From assembly GCA_035509435.1 (NCBI GenBank), contig DATJLR010000007.1:65555-129554 (forward strand): a stretch of 64,000 bases of DNA. Direction: 5' to 3'. Positions 46,227 to 55,661 of this stretch are shown here, one piece after another. The position numbers and the translations under genes were made by a program. The notes under the pieces were generated by a model. The model ran no database searches. It saw nothing but the letters and a program-made list of their open reading frames with translations, and had not been told where the DNA came from. Position 1 is the first letter of the stretch. Every line of letters begins with the position of its first letter. This stretch comes from Minisyncoccota bacterium. GTDB taxonomy: Bacteria; Patescibacteriota; Minisyncoccia; UBA6257; 2-01-FULL-56-20.

Positions 46227-47468
46227 TCATGGCCGCGCCCCGAGCGCCCCTTCTATTATGTTCACTGCCCCCACAATGTCCTTTTTTGTGGTCCCTTTCC
46301 CCAGGCTGAACCGCACACTTTCGGCCGCCCGCTCTTTTGAGTGGCCCAACGCCTCGATTACGTATGATGATTCCACCGCGCGGGAGCGGCACGCAGAACC
46401 GGAGGATGCGGCGAGGCCCGCGCGGTCAAAACGCGTGAGCAGGTCCTGCGCGGCGTGGCCGGGAAACCAGACATTCAAGACGTGCGGGGCCTTTGCGTCG
46501 CCTGCCGGACCGTTGATCTCGGCCTTCGGCGCGATCTCCTTTATCCGGCGCCACAGGTCATCGCGCAATGCGGCGATGCGCGCGCCCGTCTTTCCGCGCG
46601 CGCCGGCGGCGAGCTGCGCCGCTTTGGCGATTCCGACGATGCCCGGCACGTTCTCCGTGCCGGAGCGGACACCGAACTCCTGGCCGCCGCCGCGCGATTG
46701 CGCGGCAAGCGGAAATCCGCCATTCTCGCCGAACGATCTCTCATCGCGGCGCACATAGAGGGCGCCGACACCCTTCGGCCCGTGCATTTTGTGCGCGGAG
46801 AGCGTCATCATGTCAACACCAAGCAACTGGACGTCGCAGTAATAATAGAGGAATGACTGCGCGGCGTCGGTATGAAAGAGCGGATAGGGCGACTGCCGCG
46901 AGGGATCGCCGGCGGCGGCCTGCTTGCGAAATTCATCTATCATGAACCGTATCTCGCGGAGAGGCTGGACGGTGCCCGTTTCGTTGTTCACGTGCATCAC
47001 GGACACGAGAACGGTGTTTTCCGTGAGCGCGTTTTTGAGCGCGATGATATCGATCACGCCCTCTTTGTTGACCGGCAGCTTCACGACATCGACGCCCCAT
47101 TGCGCGAGGGCGTCCGCGGACTCCATCACCGATTCGTGTTCAACCGCCGAAATGATGATCCGCGGCTGCGCGGCGCCCGCCCCGGGGTCGTTCTGATGAT
47201 GCGCCTTATAAAATTCCACCGCGCCGCGGAGCGCGAGGTTGTTCGCCTCGGTGGCGCCGCCCGTGAATATGACCTCGCGGAAGTGCTTGGCGCCGATCAG
47301 TTTGCCCAGCTCCTCGCGCGCCGCGTCCACCGCGGCGATCGCGCGCTGGCCGAACGAGTGGAGCGATCCGGGATTCCCGAACTCGCGCGAAAAGTATGGC
47401 CTCATGGCGCGAAGAACGCGCGGATCGACGGGGGTCGAAGCAGCGTGGTCAAAATAAAGTCGGCGCAT
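46227..47468 (-). CDS. Cysteine desulfurase (class V aminotransferase, IscS/NifS family)
   Basis: YFDHAASTPVDPRV, PLP-lysine region SAHKMHGPKGVGALYV, catalytic Cys loop SSGSACRS. Confidence 0.85.
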   Translation of the reverse strand: MRRLYFDHAASTPVDPRVLRAMRPYFSREFGNPGSLHSFGQRAIAAVDAAREELGKLIGAKHFREVIFTGGATEANNLALRGAVEFYKAHHQNDPGAGAAQPRIIISAVEHESVMESADALAQWGVDVVKLPVNKEGVIDIIALKNALTENTVLVSVMHVNNETGTVQPLREIRFMIDEFRKQAAAGDPSRQSPYPLFHTDAAQSFLYYYCDVQLLGVDMMTLSAHKMHGPKGVGALYVRRDERSFGENGGFPLAAQSRGGGQEFGVRSGTENVPGIVGIAKAAQLAAGARGKTGARIAALRDDLWRRIKEIAPKAEINGPAGDAKAPHVLNVWFPGHAAQDLLTRFDRAGLAASSGSACRSRAVESSYVIEALGHSKERAAESVRFSLGKGTTKKDIVGAVNIIEGALGARP

Positions 47469-47529
47469 AGGAATATTCTATCATGGTCTTTGCCCCGCGC
47501 TGCACAAGCCAGGTGCGCGGATGACGGTT

Positions 47530-48114
47530 CTACGAAAGCGACGGCGTGATCGCGAGGTTTGCGAACTCCACTTTTTCCACTTCCCCCGTCTTCCGGCTCG
47601 GCACCATCAAAAAATTCTGCTTGTGATAGAGATCATAGAGCTCTTTGGTGAGCTTCACGTCGTTCAGGCAATACTCCTTGAGCTCCTCGATCTTTCCGTC
47701 GCGATAGAGCGCTCCCGCCTCGGAGCCGTGATGGGTCTTTCCCGCGCCGTTGAGATTTGCGCCGGCGAGGCGATCCAGGCTGATGCGCGCGCCCGTCGCC
47801 ATCTCGATCTCCTCAAGCAGGTCCACGCGCTCCATCTCCCACAGGCGCGGCCCGTTCTTGAGCCGCTGAAAATACTGGTTGAGCACCGGGATGTCGTATC
47901 GATTCATGCTGAAGCCGACGATCCGCCGGGCGTCGCGGAACAGGTCCGCCAGCTTGTCCATCTCGTTCTCCTCGTAGCAGTAGTACCGGTCCTCTATATA
48001 TGAGTAGACGCCGACGACCGAGATCTTGAGCGCGGCATAGTTATCCCAGCCGACGTCCGGGTCGGTGAAGAAGTTCTGCGTTTCAATGTCGAATACGAGG
48101 GTGTCCAGTTTCAT
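47530..48114 (-). CDS. RNase H-like 3'-5' exonuclease domain protein (PolB-exo-like/YprB-like)
   Basis: LVFDIETQ (Exo I DxE) and YCLNDVKLTKELYD (Exo III YxxxD). Confidence 0.5.
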   Translation of the reverse strand: MKLDTLVFDIETQNFFTDPDVGWDNYAALKISVVGVYSYIEDRYYCYEENEMDKLADLFRDARRIVGFSMNRYDIPVLNQYFQRLKNGPRLWEMERVDLLEEIEMATGARISLDRLAGANLNGAGKTHHGSEAGALYRDGKIEELKEYCLNDVKLTKELYDLYHKQNFLMVPSRKTGEVEKVEFANLAITPSLS

Positions 48115-48590
48115 ACGTGCCTATCCGCGACATTGGTTGCAGCGTAGCTGTCCGGCTTGATACGCACCTCAAAATTATTGGCGCGGATCATGCCGACGAT
48201 CTCGCTGATGACGGCTTTCGTCGGCCCGTTCATGCCGACGTCCGCGTGGATCTCGAACTCGAACTCCGGAAGCGGATATTTCTTAAGCTCGGAGAGCAGG
48301 CCGTGCGCGACCTCGAGCGAGATCAGCGCTTCGCGGACCATCCGGTCGCGGAGCGTGTGGAACTTGCCGAGCTCGAAGCGGCGATAGAAATAGCGGCCGC
48401 CGTTGCCGATGCGATGGACGACGACGGCGTTCACAAAGTCGGCGTCCTTGCTCGAAAGGAGCTGGGAGTCGGTGCCGATCGTCACGCGGTATTTGCGCGT
48501 GAGGTCGGAGCCCATGAACGCGATGATCTCGGCCACCACTTCCGGCACCGTGAGCCGAATTCCCAGCGAACTGATGAAGGTATCTGGCAT
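48111..48590 (-). CDS. YkuK-like (DUF458) RNase H-fold protein (tentative)
   Basis: 159 aa. TIGTDSQ and HADVGMNG motifs. ATGA-type overlap with the upstream exonuclease gene. Confidence 0.35.
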   Translation of the reverse strand: MPDTFISSLGIRLTVPEVVAEIIAFMGSDLTRKYRVTIGTDSQLLSSKDADFVNAVVVHRIGNGGRYFYRRFELGKFHTLRDRMVREALISLEVAHGLLSELKKYPLPEFEFEIHADVGMNGPTKAVISEIVGMIRANNFEVRIKPDSYAATNVADRHV

Positions 48591-48628
48591 GATACCTGGA
48601 ATATACGCTTTTGAAGCGCCCGCGTCAA

Positions 48629-49411
48629 TTATTTTAAGATCTTTTTGATGATGCGGATCGTCTCTTTCGGCCCGCTTGTCGGGACCGTCTGGACGCCCGA
48701 TTTTTTCGCCGCTGCGTCGTTTCCGCCCGGATAGAGCGCATCGCCGATAAACACCATGTCTTTTATCCGTATCTTCAGCGTTTTTTCGATCTGCCGGACA
48801 CCATAGGCCTTATCGATCCCCTTTTGCGTTATATCTATTGTTGTGAATCCGGCGGCGTGAACCTCGAGATCCGGCAATTTTTTTTGAAGCAATTTGGCGA
48901 TCCTGAGCTTGGTGGGCGTATTCTTTTTTGTCCACTCCTCCTTCATACGCACCCCTTTCTTTCCAAGCTGCGCCACGACATCCTGGCCGAGGAACGAGTA
49001 GGACATCTGCGATCCCCTGTCCTCGAGCGTCTTACCGTAGGTTTTTTTCGGCGGAACATAGCCGATCTCACTGAAGACATCTTTTACGGCCTTCCGGATC
49101 CTCTGTTTTTTAGACGAGGACAGGAAGTGAGCATAGACATTCTTCCATCCCTTGTCGTAGCGGTAGAATGCCGTCGCGGTGGTCGGAAAAAGGAAGAGGT
49201 TTTTGAAAAGCTCCGTCGGACAATCAAGGTTCGCGAGGAACTGTTTGCGGAATTGCCGGTAGCTCCCGCCCCCGATCACCGCCACTTTCTTTTTCTCCAG
49301 CAACGATGTGAGTGCGCGGGACATATCCGGCGCAAGATCGGACTTCGTCTTGGTAAGCGTGCCGTCGAGGTCAAAGACAATAAGAGATTTTTTTGAGAGG
49401 TCGTTTTTCAT
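48629..49411 (-). CDS. HAD-IIB hydrolase (phosphomannomutase-like)
   Basis: LIVFDLDGTLT (HAD motif I) and FIGDALYPGGNDAAA (motif IV). Confidence 0.55.
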   Translation of the reverse strand: MKNDLSKKSLIVFDLDGTLTKTKSDLAPDMSRALTSLLEKKKVAVIGGGSYRQFRKQFLANLDCPTELFKNLFLFPTTATAFYRYDKGWKNVYAHFLSSSKKQRIRKAVKDVFSEIGYVPPKKTYGKTLEDRGSQMSYSFLGQDVVAQLGKKGVRMKEEWTKKNTPTKLRIAKLLQKKLPDLEVHAAGFTTIDITQKGIDKAYGVRQIEKTLKIRIKDMVFIGDALYPGGNDAAAKKSGVQTVPTSGPKETIRIIKKILK

Positions 49412-49476
49412 ACCTACAGTATAACAAAACGGGACGTCTCAGATTTTGAGAGGCGTCCCGTCAGACTAAAACCGGA

Positions 49477-50064
49477 CTACTTTCTGACAAACACGGACTT
49501 CGGGTCGATAATCTCGTCGATGAGATTATGAGCCAGGGCTTCTTCAGCCGACAACCGCGCGTCCAGTACATCTCCGTCGCACATCAATTTGCGAATGGCC
49601 GCTTGGGATTTGCCCGCACGCTTGGCGATAAACCGCTCGAATCTGACCTGCCAGTCTCTCCCCTCTAAAAGACGTCGCTCGAAAATCGCGCGGATCGTTT
49701 TCTTGGGGAGGCTGTGGCTGAAATCAAAACTTGTTTTGATGCAATGAAGCAAGAACACCGAGTGTGGCGATGCCACTCGCCTACTACAGCTTTGTAGGAT
49801 CGGAACTGCCATTGACCAGCAATTTCCCATCACAACACCGATAACGGGCACTCGAATGCTGGCTATCGTGTCGCAGATGGAGAACGCCGGCGAAGCGTTG
49901 CCACCATCACAATCGACGATGAGACGTATTTCTTTATCGGACTCGAGGGCTAGGCCGATAAGCATCTGACACACTTTTTCTGCCCGATCGTGATCAATGT
50001 TGTCCAGCAGAAAGACCGTGCGTTGCCCTTGCAGTTTTTTTGCAATATCGTTTATTTCCGGCAT
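49477..50064 (-). CDS. ClpP-family protease subunit (divergent; His motif HCIK instead of HQP)
   Basis: Aligns along its length with ClpP (IVDCDGG...MGNCWSMAV with Ser...LLHCIK). No clpX or clpA nearby. Confidence 0.5.
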   Translation of the reverse strand: MPEINDIAKKLQGQRTVFLLDNIDHDRAEKVCQMLIGLALESDKEIRLIVDCDGGNASPAFSICDTIASIRVPVIGVVMGNCWSMAVPILQSCSRRVASPHSVFLLHCIKTSFDFSHSLPKKTIRAIFERRLLEGRDWQVRFERFIAKRAGKSQAAIRKLMCDGDVLDARLSAEEALAHNLIDEIIDPKSVFVRK

Positions 50065-50153
50065 GAGACCTCCCTAAAGAACCGGTTATAATATCTATTA
50101 TTTTGAAACAAATGTCAACTATACATCGATTTTAGCGTAGGAGCGTCTTCGTA

Positions 50154-52403
50154 TTGCGCGTTACTCGTGCTAAAATAAATCACGTAATGGCAAGAAAAAA
50201 GAAGCGGGGCAACAAGGGGCGGAACGGCGGGTCGAACTCGGGCAACAGCGGCAATGGAAACGCGGCCTCCGCAAGGAGTGCCGCGCGCGAACCGCTCCTT
50301 CACGCCGAGACCAAGAACAGCATCTGGGCGATAAGTTTCATTTGCGTGGCCGTGATCCTTTCGCTTGCGGGATTTGCGGAGGCGGGTCCCGCGGGAGCGG
50401 TCATCTATCAAGGCCTCGACACCCTCCTCGGCTGGGGCTACTTTATTTTGCCCGCGACGCTCCTCTTTGCCGCAGCGGTGTTCCTGCTCTCGCGCCAAAA
50501 GCGCATCCTCGCGACCACGCTCATCGGTTCCACGCTCCTTATATTGTCCGTGCTCGGCCTCATCGAACTGCTCTCTCCCACGCATGGCGGCTGGCTCGGG
50601 CTCGTCTTCGGATCGCTCCGCGTGCCGTTCGGCAACATCGCCGCGACCACGATCGACGTTTTCATCCTGATCATCTCGGTGCTCGTGACGGCGAACGTGC
50701 CGCTTAAAGTGACGTGGCCGTGGGAACGCACCGCGGGCGATGACGGAGACGAAGCCGCCGAGGATGCGGCGCCGCTCCTTGTGACCGGCACAGAAGAAGA
50801 GAAGGCCGCCCCCGAAAAACCCGCGAACGCGAAGGATGAGAAGAATAAAAAAGATGCGCCCGCGGAAGACCTCGCCGTCGTCCACGCGAAGAACGGCGAC
50901 GAACTTGCCGGTAAGGCGGCAAAGAAGCCGGCTCGGGCCCCCGTCTTCACGAACTACGTCCCTCCGCCGCTCTCGCTCCTCAAATCCGACACGTCGAAGC
51001 CGACCACCGGCGACCTTCTCGCGCACGCGAACATCATCAAACGCACGCTCGACAGTTTCGGTATTCCGGTGGAGATGGGCGAGATCAACGTCGGCCCCGC
51101 GGTCACGCGCTATACGCTGAAGCCGGCGGAGGGCGTAAAGCTCTCGCGCATCACGGCGCTGAACGCCGACCTCGCGCTTGCGCTCGCGGCGCACCCGATC
51201 CGCATCGAGGCGCCGATCCCGGGCAAGTCGCTCGTCGGTATCGAGGTGCCGAACAAGGCCGCCGCGCTCGTGCGCCTCGGGTCGCTCATGAACTATCCTG
51301 AGTTCATGCAGTCGGGTCCGCTCGGCTTCGTTCTCGGCCGCGACGTCTCCGGCGAACCGATCTTCGCGAACATAGAAAAGATGCCGCACCTCCTCGTGGC
51401 GGGCGCGACCGGCTCCGGAAAATCCATCCTGGTGCACTCGCTCATCACATCGCTCCTCTATAAGAACTCGCCGGCGACATTGCGCATGGCTCTCATCGAT
51501 CCCAAGCGCGTGGAACTTTCCATGTACGACGGCATTCCCCATCTCATCACGCCGGTCATCACGGAAAACAAAAAGGCGCTCGGCGTGCTCAAGTGGGCAA
51601 TTCAGGAAATGGACCGCCGCTACGAAATTTTGCAGCACGCCGGCAGCCGCGACATCAAGAGCTACAACGCAAAGAGCAAGCAGGAAGACCAGCTCCCGTT
51701 CATCCTGATCGGCATCGATGAGATGGCGGACCTCATGAGCTCGTTCGGACGCGAAGTGGAGGGCGCGATCGTGCGCCTGGCGCAGATGGCGCGCGCAACA
51801 GGTATCCACCTGCTCCTCGCCACCCAGCGCCCGTCGGTGGAGGTGATCACCGGCCTCATCAAAGCGAACATTCCGGCGCGCGTGGCGCTTCAGGTGGCAA
51901 GCCAGATCGATTCGCGCACGATCTTGGACGGCGCAGGCGCAGAGAAACTGCTCGGCCACGGCGACCTGCTCTTCTTATCTGCGGAACTCTCAAAGCCGAA
52001 ACGTATCCAGGGTTCGTACATCACCGAAGAAGAACTAAAGAGTGTGGTTGATTTTATAAAGACGAACAATAAAGTGGAGATGCCCGCCGAATCGTCGGAG
52101 GGTGACGGCGAGGAGAACATCGATAAGGCCGGCCCGATCACGCCCGCGGGCTTCGATCACTTCATCAACGCGAGCGGCGAGAGCGACGACGAAGACGAGG
52201 ACGACCTCCTCGACGAAGCGCTCGCCACGGTGCGCGACGCCAAGAAAGCATCGGCTTCGCTCCTCCAGCGCCGCCTCAAAGTCGGCTACGCCCGCGCCGC
52301 CCGCCTGCTCGACATCATGGAATCCGGCGGCTACATCGGCCCCGGCGACGGCGCCAAGCCCCGCGACGTGAACGTGGAAAAGATAGAGGAGCGGCTGTCA
52401 TAA
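50154..52403 (+). CDS. ftsK: DNA translocase FtsK/SpoIIIE
   Basis: N-terminal TM region, Pro/Ala/Lys linker, motor domain (GATGSGKS Walker A), C-terminal gamma winged helix. The TTG at 50154 has a GGAG 9 nt upstream. An alternative ATG lies at 50187. Confidence 0.9.
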   Translation: MRVTRAKINHVMARKKKRGNKGRNGGSNSGNSGNGNAASARSAAREPLLHAETKNSIWAISFICVAVILSLAGFAEAGPAGAVIYQGLDTLLGWGYFILPATLLFAAAVFLLSRQKRILATTLIGSTLLILSVLGLIELLSPTHGGWLGLVFGSLRVPFGNIAATTIDVFILIISVLVTANVPLKVTWPWERTAGDDGDEAAEDAAPLLVTGTEEEKAAPEKPANAKDEKNKKDAPAEDLAVVHAKNGDELAGKAAKKPARAPVFTNYVPPPLSLLKSDTSKPTTGDLLAHANIIKRTLDSFGIPVEMGEINVGPAVTRYTLKPAEGVKLSRITALNADLALALAAHPIRIEAPIPGKSLVGIEVPNKAAALVRLGSLMNYPEFMQSGPLGFVLGRDVSGEPIFANIEKMPHLLVAGATGSGKSILVHSLITSLLYKNSPATLRMALIDPKRVELSMYDGIPHLITPVITENKKALGVLKWAIQEMDRRYEILQHAGSRDIKSYNAKSKQEDQLPFILIGIDEMADLMSSFGREVEGAIVRLAQMARATGIHLLLATQRPSVEVITGLIKANIPARVALQVASQIDSRTILDGAGAEKLLGHGDLLFLSAELSKPKRIQGSYITEEELKSVVDFIKTNNKVEMPAESSEGDGEENIDKAGPITPAGFDHFINASGESDDEDEDDLLDEALATVRDAKKASASLLQRRLKVGYARAARLLDIMESGGYIGPGDGAKPRDVNVEKIEERLS

Positions 52404-52494
52404 TTATTATTTTTTGTTTGAATCCCTCCCTCTCCGCAAAAAGAAAACCCCTCACCATTATCTGATGAGGGATTAGAATCTGACGCACTGCTGT

Positions 52495-52752
52495 TTAGTC
52501 GGTAATTGCGACTTTAATCTTATTGTCCTTGAATGGCATCTTCGGGTTCCCGTTATACAAATGTGGTCCGAAAATTTCCATCAGCTTCCAGAGCGGAAAA
52601 GATGTCCACCGAGGAGGATTGCCTCTCAAGGCCGCACGAGATCTCAGGGGTGGAACTTGTTCGCCGGTCTTGTCTTTCCACTCTTTCAAGATCTTTAGAC
52701 CGTGATCGGTCAGTTGCACTTTGACGTCATGGTTGGTATTGATGGTTATCAT
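52495..52752 (-). CDS. Small hypothetical protein
   Basis: MITINTNHDVKVQLTDHGLKILKEWKDK... Probable start at 52752. In a low-GC patch. Confidence 0.3.
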   Translation of the reverse strand: MITINTNHDVKVQLTDHGLKILKEWKDKTGEQVPPLRSRAALRGNPPRWTSFPLWKLMEIFGPHLYNGNPKMPFKDNKIKVAITD

Positions 52753-53375
52753 TTCGGTCTCCTTCCGTTGAATGGAACCGTTTGCTTGATCGCCGTTTCT
52801 GATGTCAGTACCATGCATCCCGTTGAAAAAAGATGCGCCGATGCCATGAGAACAAAGATGAACCCAACGCCGAACATCTTTGCAAGATAGCCGCCCGCCA
52901 TCAACGCCAACCCTGCGACTATTCCGGTAATGGCATGGAATCTGCCGATGTGCTCGCCGCGCCTGTCTCCCTCCGTAATATCGGCAAGGAATGATGACTC
53001 TACGGTGGTAAAGCCATTTACCAGCCCGGCGAACAATTGGAGAAAGAACAGCTGTCCCACTGATGAGATCAGGAGGTAGGACAGAGTGATAGCCGCCTTC
53101 GCGAGCCCTTGGGCGACCAGAAACGGTTTACGGCCGAATCGGTCGGAATATCTTCCGGCCACATACGTCACTCCGGCATCCGCAAGAAGCATGATGCCCA
53201 TAGCGACACCAAGGTTTTCCAGGGTGCCACCCTTCTTCTGGATGAACAGAACGAAGAATGGCGCGAAGATCCCGCCGGCGAGCGACAAGATCACTTCCGA
53301 AGTCAAATACAGCTTATAGTTTCTTTTCAAAACCCCGGTCACAACGCCACCTCCGCTCGGTTGAGCTGACGACAT
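52749..53375 (-). CDS. MFS transporter, N-terminal six-helix half only (possibly truncated)
   Basis: 208 aa. Motif A GRYSDRFGRKP between TM2 and TM3. Ends after TM6 with no C-terminal half. Confidence 0.45.
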   Translation of the reverse strand: MSSAQPSGGGVVTGVLKRNYKLYLTSEVILSLAGGIFAPFFVLFIQKKGGTLENLGVAMGIMLLADAGVTYVAGRYSDRFGRKPFLVAQGLAKAAITLSYLLISSVGQLFFLQLFAGLVNGFTTVESSFLADITEGDRRGEHIGRFHAITGIVAGLALMAGGYLAKMFGVGFIFVLMASAHLFSTGCMVLTSETAIKQTVPFNGRRPK

Positions 53376-53483
53376 ACTACCATATAATTATACATATGTC
53401 AATTTCGTTCGAACACCGTCCTACACTGCCCATAAAAATTTTACCTAAATTTAATCGCCCCCGTGCTAGTGTCCTCGCGTGGT

Positions 53484-53553
53484 GGGAGTGGCACGGTGCT
53501 GGATTCGGCTTGCTACCCGAATCCAAGGGGTTCGACTCCCCTCACTTCCACCA
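53484..53553 (+). ncRNA. Aberrant tRNA-like / minimal tmRNA-like element ending in encoded CCA (Ala-like G3:U70)
   Basis: GGGAGTG-GCACGGTGCT-[GGATTCGG-CTTGCTAC-CCGAATCC]-A-[AGGGG-TTCGACT-CCCCT]-CACTTCC-A-CCA. Acceptor stem with a G3:U70 wobble, canonical T arm and loop, no proper D arm. CTGGATTCG matches the conserved tmRNA 5' D-loop analogue. Only 67 nt + CCA. Confidence 0.35.
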
Positions 53554-53665
53554 CCCTTAAGGGTTATTAAATAATGATTAAAAAGAATTTGACGATGGCT
53601 TTGTTTCTGCTACAGTGAAGATACCGGGTAGCAAGCCGAGTTCCAGCACAATGTTGGATTAAACA

Positions 53666-53700
53666 CAAAAGACCCACACGTTCGGGTCTTTTGTGTTTTT
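53666..53700 (+). terminator. Intrinsic terminator (AAAAGACCC-acacgttc-GGGTCTTTT + T-run)
   Basis: The hairpin is followed by gtgtttttt. It lies ~115 nt downstream of the tRNA-like element and directly upstream of the RodZ-like gene. Confidence 0.5.
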
Positions 53701-53726
53701 TGGCGCCAAGCCGTAGAATCAGCTAT

Positions 53727-54476
53727 ATGGCCCCCAACGACCTTCCCTTCGAACAATTCTTTGCGGAAAAGATAAAAGAGCGCGGCGTGACGCTCAAAAA
53801 ACTGTCCGAAATGACCGGCATCGCGCCCACGCACATCGAGAACCTGTTGCGCGGCGACTTTGAGAACATGCCGTCCGCGCCGTACTTCCACGGCTATCTC
53901 CTTCACCTCGGCGACGTGCTCGGCTTTGACGGCGAGGAGTGGTGGCTGAAGTTAAAAGCCGAAGGCGTCATCAAAAATTCCGGCGAGCTCGATACGCTTC
54001 CGCGCAACCGCTTCATCAAGCAGTCGCCGCCGAAATATCTGTGGTGGATCGGCGCGGGCGTGATCGTGCTCATCTATCTCGCCTTCCAGGCGCCGCGCAT
54101 TTTCGGCACGCCGACGATCGCCGTCACCTTCCCCGACGCGAACCCGTACGTGACCGGCTCGAGCACCGTCACATTGACCGGCAGCGTGAGCGGCGCGAAC
54201 TCGCTCTATCTCGTTGGCGCGAACGGCGAACAGGAACAGATCATAGTGGCGCCGGACGGCACTTGGGAGAAGAGCGTCCTCCTTGGTGTCGGGCCAAATC
54301 CCTTCGAGATCTCGGCAAAGAAGTTCCTCGGCGGCACCGCGAACGTGACCGAGCAGATATTCTACCAGCCGGCAGGCGGCACAACGACCACGTCCACGCC
54401 CACCAGCACGCCTACGGGAGCCACCCCGACCGTCCCGGTCACCGGCACGACGACCCTCCAAAGCTCCGGTATTTAA
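53727..54476 (+). CDS. RodZ-like protein (N-terminal XRE HTH, TM segment, Thr/Pro-rich C-terminus)
   Basis: MAPNDLPFEQFFAEKIKERGVTLKKLSEMTGIAPTHIENLLRGDF resembles the RodZ HTH. TM WWIGAGVIVLIYLAF. Start taken at the ATG at 53727 (the track uses an upstream alternative start). Confidence 0.45.
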   Translation: MAPNDLPFEQFFAEKIKERGVTLKKLSEMTGIAPTHIENLLRGDFENMPSAPYFHGYLLHLGDVLGFDGEEWWLKLKAEGVIKNSGELDTLPRNRFIKQSPPKYLWWIGAGVIVLIYLAFQAPRIFGTPTIAVTFPDANPYVTGSSTVTLTGSVSGANSLYLVGANGEQEQIIVAPDGTWEKSVLLGVGPNPFEISAKKFLGGTANVTEQIFYQPAGGTTTTSTPTSTPTGATPTVPVTGTTTLQSSGI

Positions 54477-54525
54477 GGTCTTTTTAACCTTTTCTTAATA
54501 TAAATTTAACCGCGGCTCTGATATA

Positions 54526-55632
54526 ATGAAGCCTATGAAAACATCCAAAAAAGGTGCCGACACCCATAAGCCGGCCGTAGGGCATGAAACAAAAAAAGGG
54601 GAGAAGTACGCGAGCAACAAAGAGGTGGACGAGCTCCTTTCGTCGCTCCAGGACAAATTCGGCGAGGGCGCCATCATGAAGCTCGGCGAGATGACGCACG
54701 TGAACGTCTCCGTCATCCCGACCGGATCGTTCTCTCTCGACCTCGCGCTCGGCGTCGGCGGCCTGCCGCGCGGGCGCATCACCGAGATCTTCGGTCCCGA
54801 GTCGTCGGGCAAAACGACGCTCGCACTGAACGTCGTCGCGCAGGCGCAGAAGCAGGGCGGGAAAGCGGCATTCATAGACGCGGAGCACGCGATGGACCCG
54901 GAGTACGCGGCCAAGCTCGGCGTGAACGTGAACGAGCTTCTGATCTCCCAGCCGGATAGCGGCGAGGAGGCGTTGAACATCTTGGAAAGCTTGGTGCGCT
55001 CGGGGATCATCTCCGTCGTGGTCGTCGACTCCGTCGCGGCGCTCACGCCGCGCGCGGAGCTCGAGGGCGAAATGGGCGAACAGCACGTGGGACGCCAGGC
55101 GCGCATGATGGGCCAGGCGCTCCGCAAACTGACCGCGCTCGCCGCGAACACGCAGACGCTCATCATCTTCATCAACCAGCTCCGTATGAAGATCGGCATC
55201 ATGTTCGGCAATCCGGAAACGACGCCGGGCGGCCGCGCGCTCCCCTTCGCCGCGTCGGTGCGCATCGACATCCGCCGCATCGCGCAGGTCAAGAAGGGCG
55301 AGAACGTCGTCGGCAACCGCGTGAAGGCAAAGGTGGCAAAGAACAAAGTCGCCCCGCCGTTCAAGTCGGCGGAGTTCGACATCCTCTTCGGCGAGGGCAT
55401 CTCGTACGCCGGCGATGTCCTGAACGCCGCCGTCAATCACGGCGTGGTCAAGAAATCCGGCTCAAGTTTCAGCTACAACGGCGAGCGGCTTGGCGTGGGC
55501 TTTGAGAATTCCAAGGCAAAATTAAAGGAAGATAAAAAGCTGTTTGACGAGATAAAGAAAAAGACCGCGGAGGCCTACAAAAGCGGCGACGGGATAACCG
55601 AGAAGGCGGCAGAAACGGAAGAAAAAGAATAA
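54526..55632 (+). CDS. recA: Recombinase RecA
   Basis: [12 protein letters not shown] Walker [11 protein letters not shown]2 loop region and conserved length. Confidence 0.95.
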   Translation: MKPMKTSKKGADTHKPAVGHETKKGEKYASNKEVDELLSSLQDKFGEGAIMKLGEMTHVNVSVIPTGSFSLDLALGVGGLPRGRITEIFGPESSGKTTLALNVVAQAQKQGGKAAFIDAEHAMDPEYAAKLGVNVNELLISQPDSGEEALNILESLVRSGIISVVVVDSVAALTPRAELEGEMGEQHVGRQARMMGQALRKLTALAANTQTLIIFINQLRMKIGIMFGNPETTPGGRALPFAASVRIDIRRIAQVKKGENVVGNRVKAKVAKNKVAPPFKSAEFDILFGEGISYAGDVLNAAVNHGVVKKSGSSFSYNGERLGVGFENSKAKLKEDKKLFDEIKKKTAEAYKSGDGITEKAAETEEKE

Positions 55633-55661
55633 AAATTAAAACCCCGGGCCATCCGGGGATT

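Noticed and set aside
50115-51959. 614 aa minus-strand ORF
   Set aside because: Antisense to ftsK. Arg/Glu-rich, no domain.
53376-53483. Possibility that a full-length tmRNA lies upstream of the CCA end at 53553
   Set aside because: The ~350 nt upstream are occupied by the MFS coding sequence and an AT-rich promoter region. I see no tag reading frame (ANDENYALAA-like), no pseudoknot-forming segments and no 5' GGGG acceptor. Only the 70-nt tRNA-like piece is supported.
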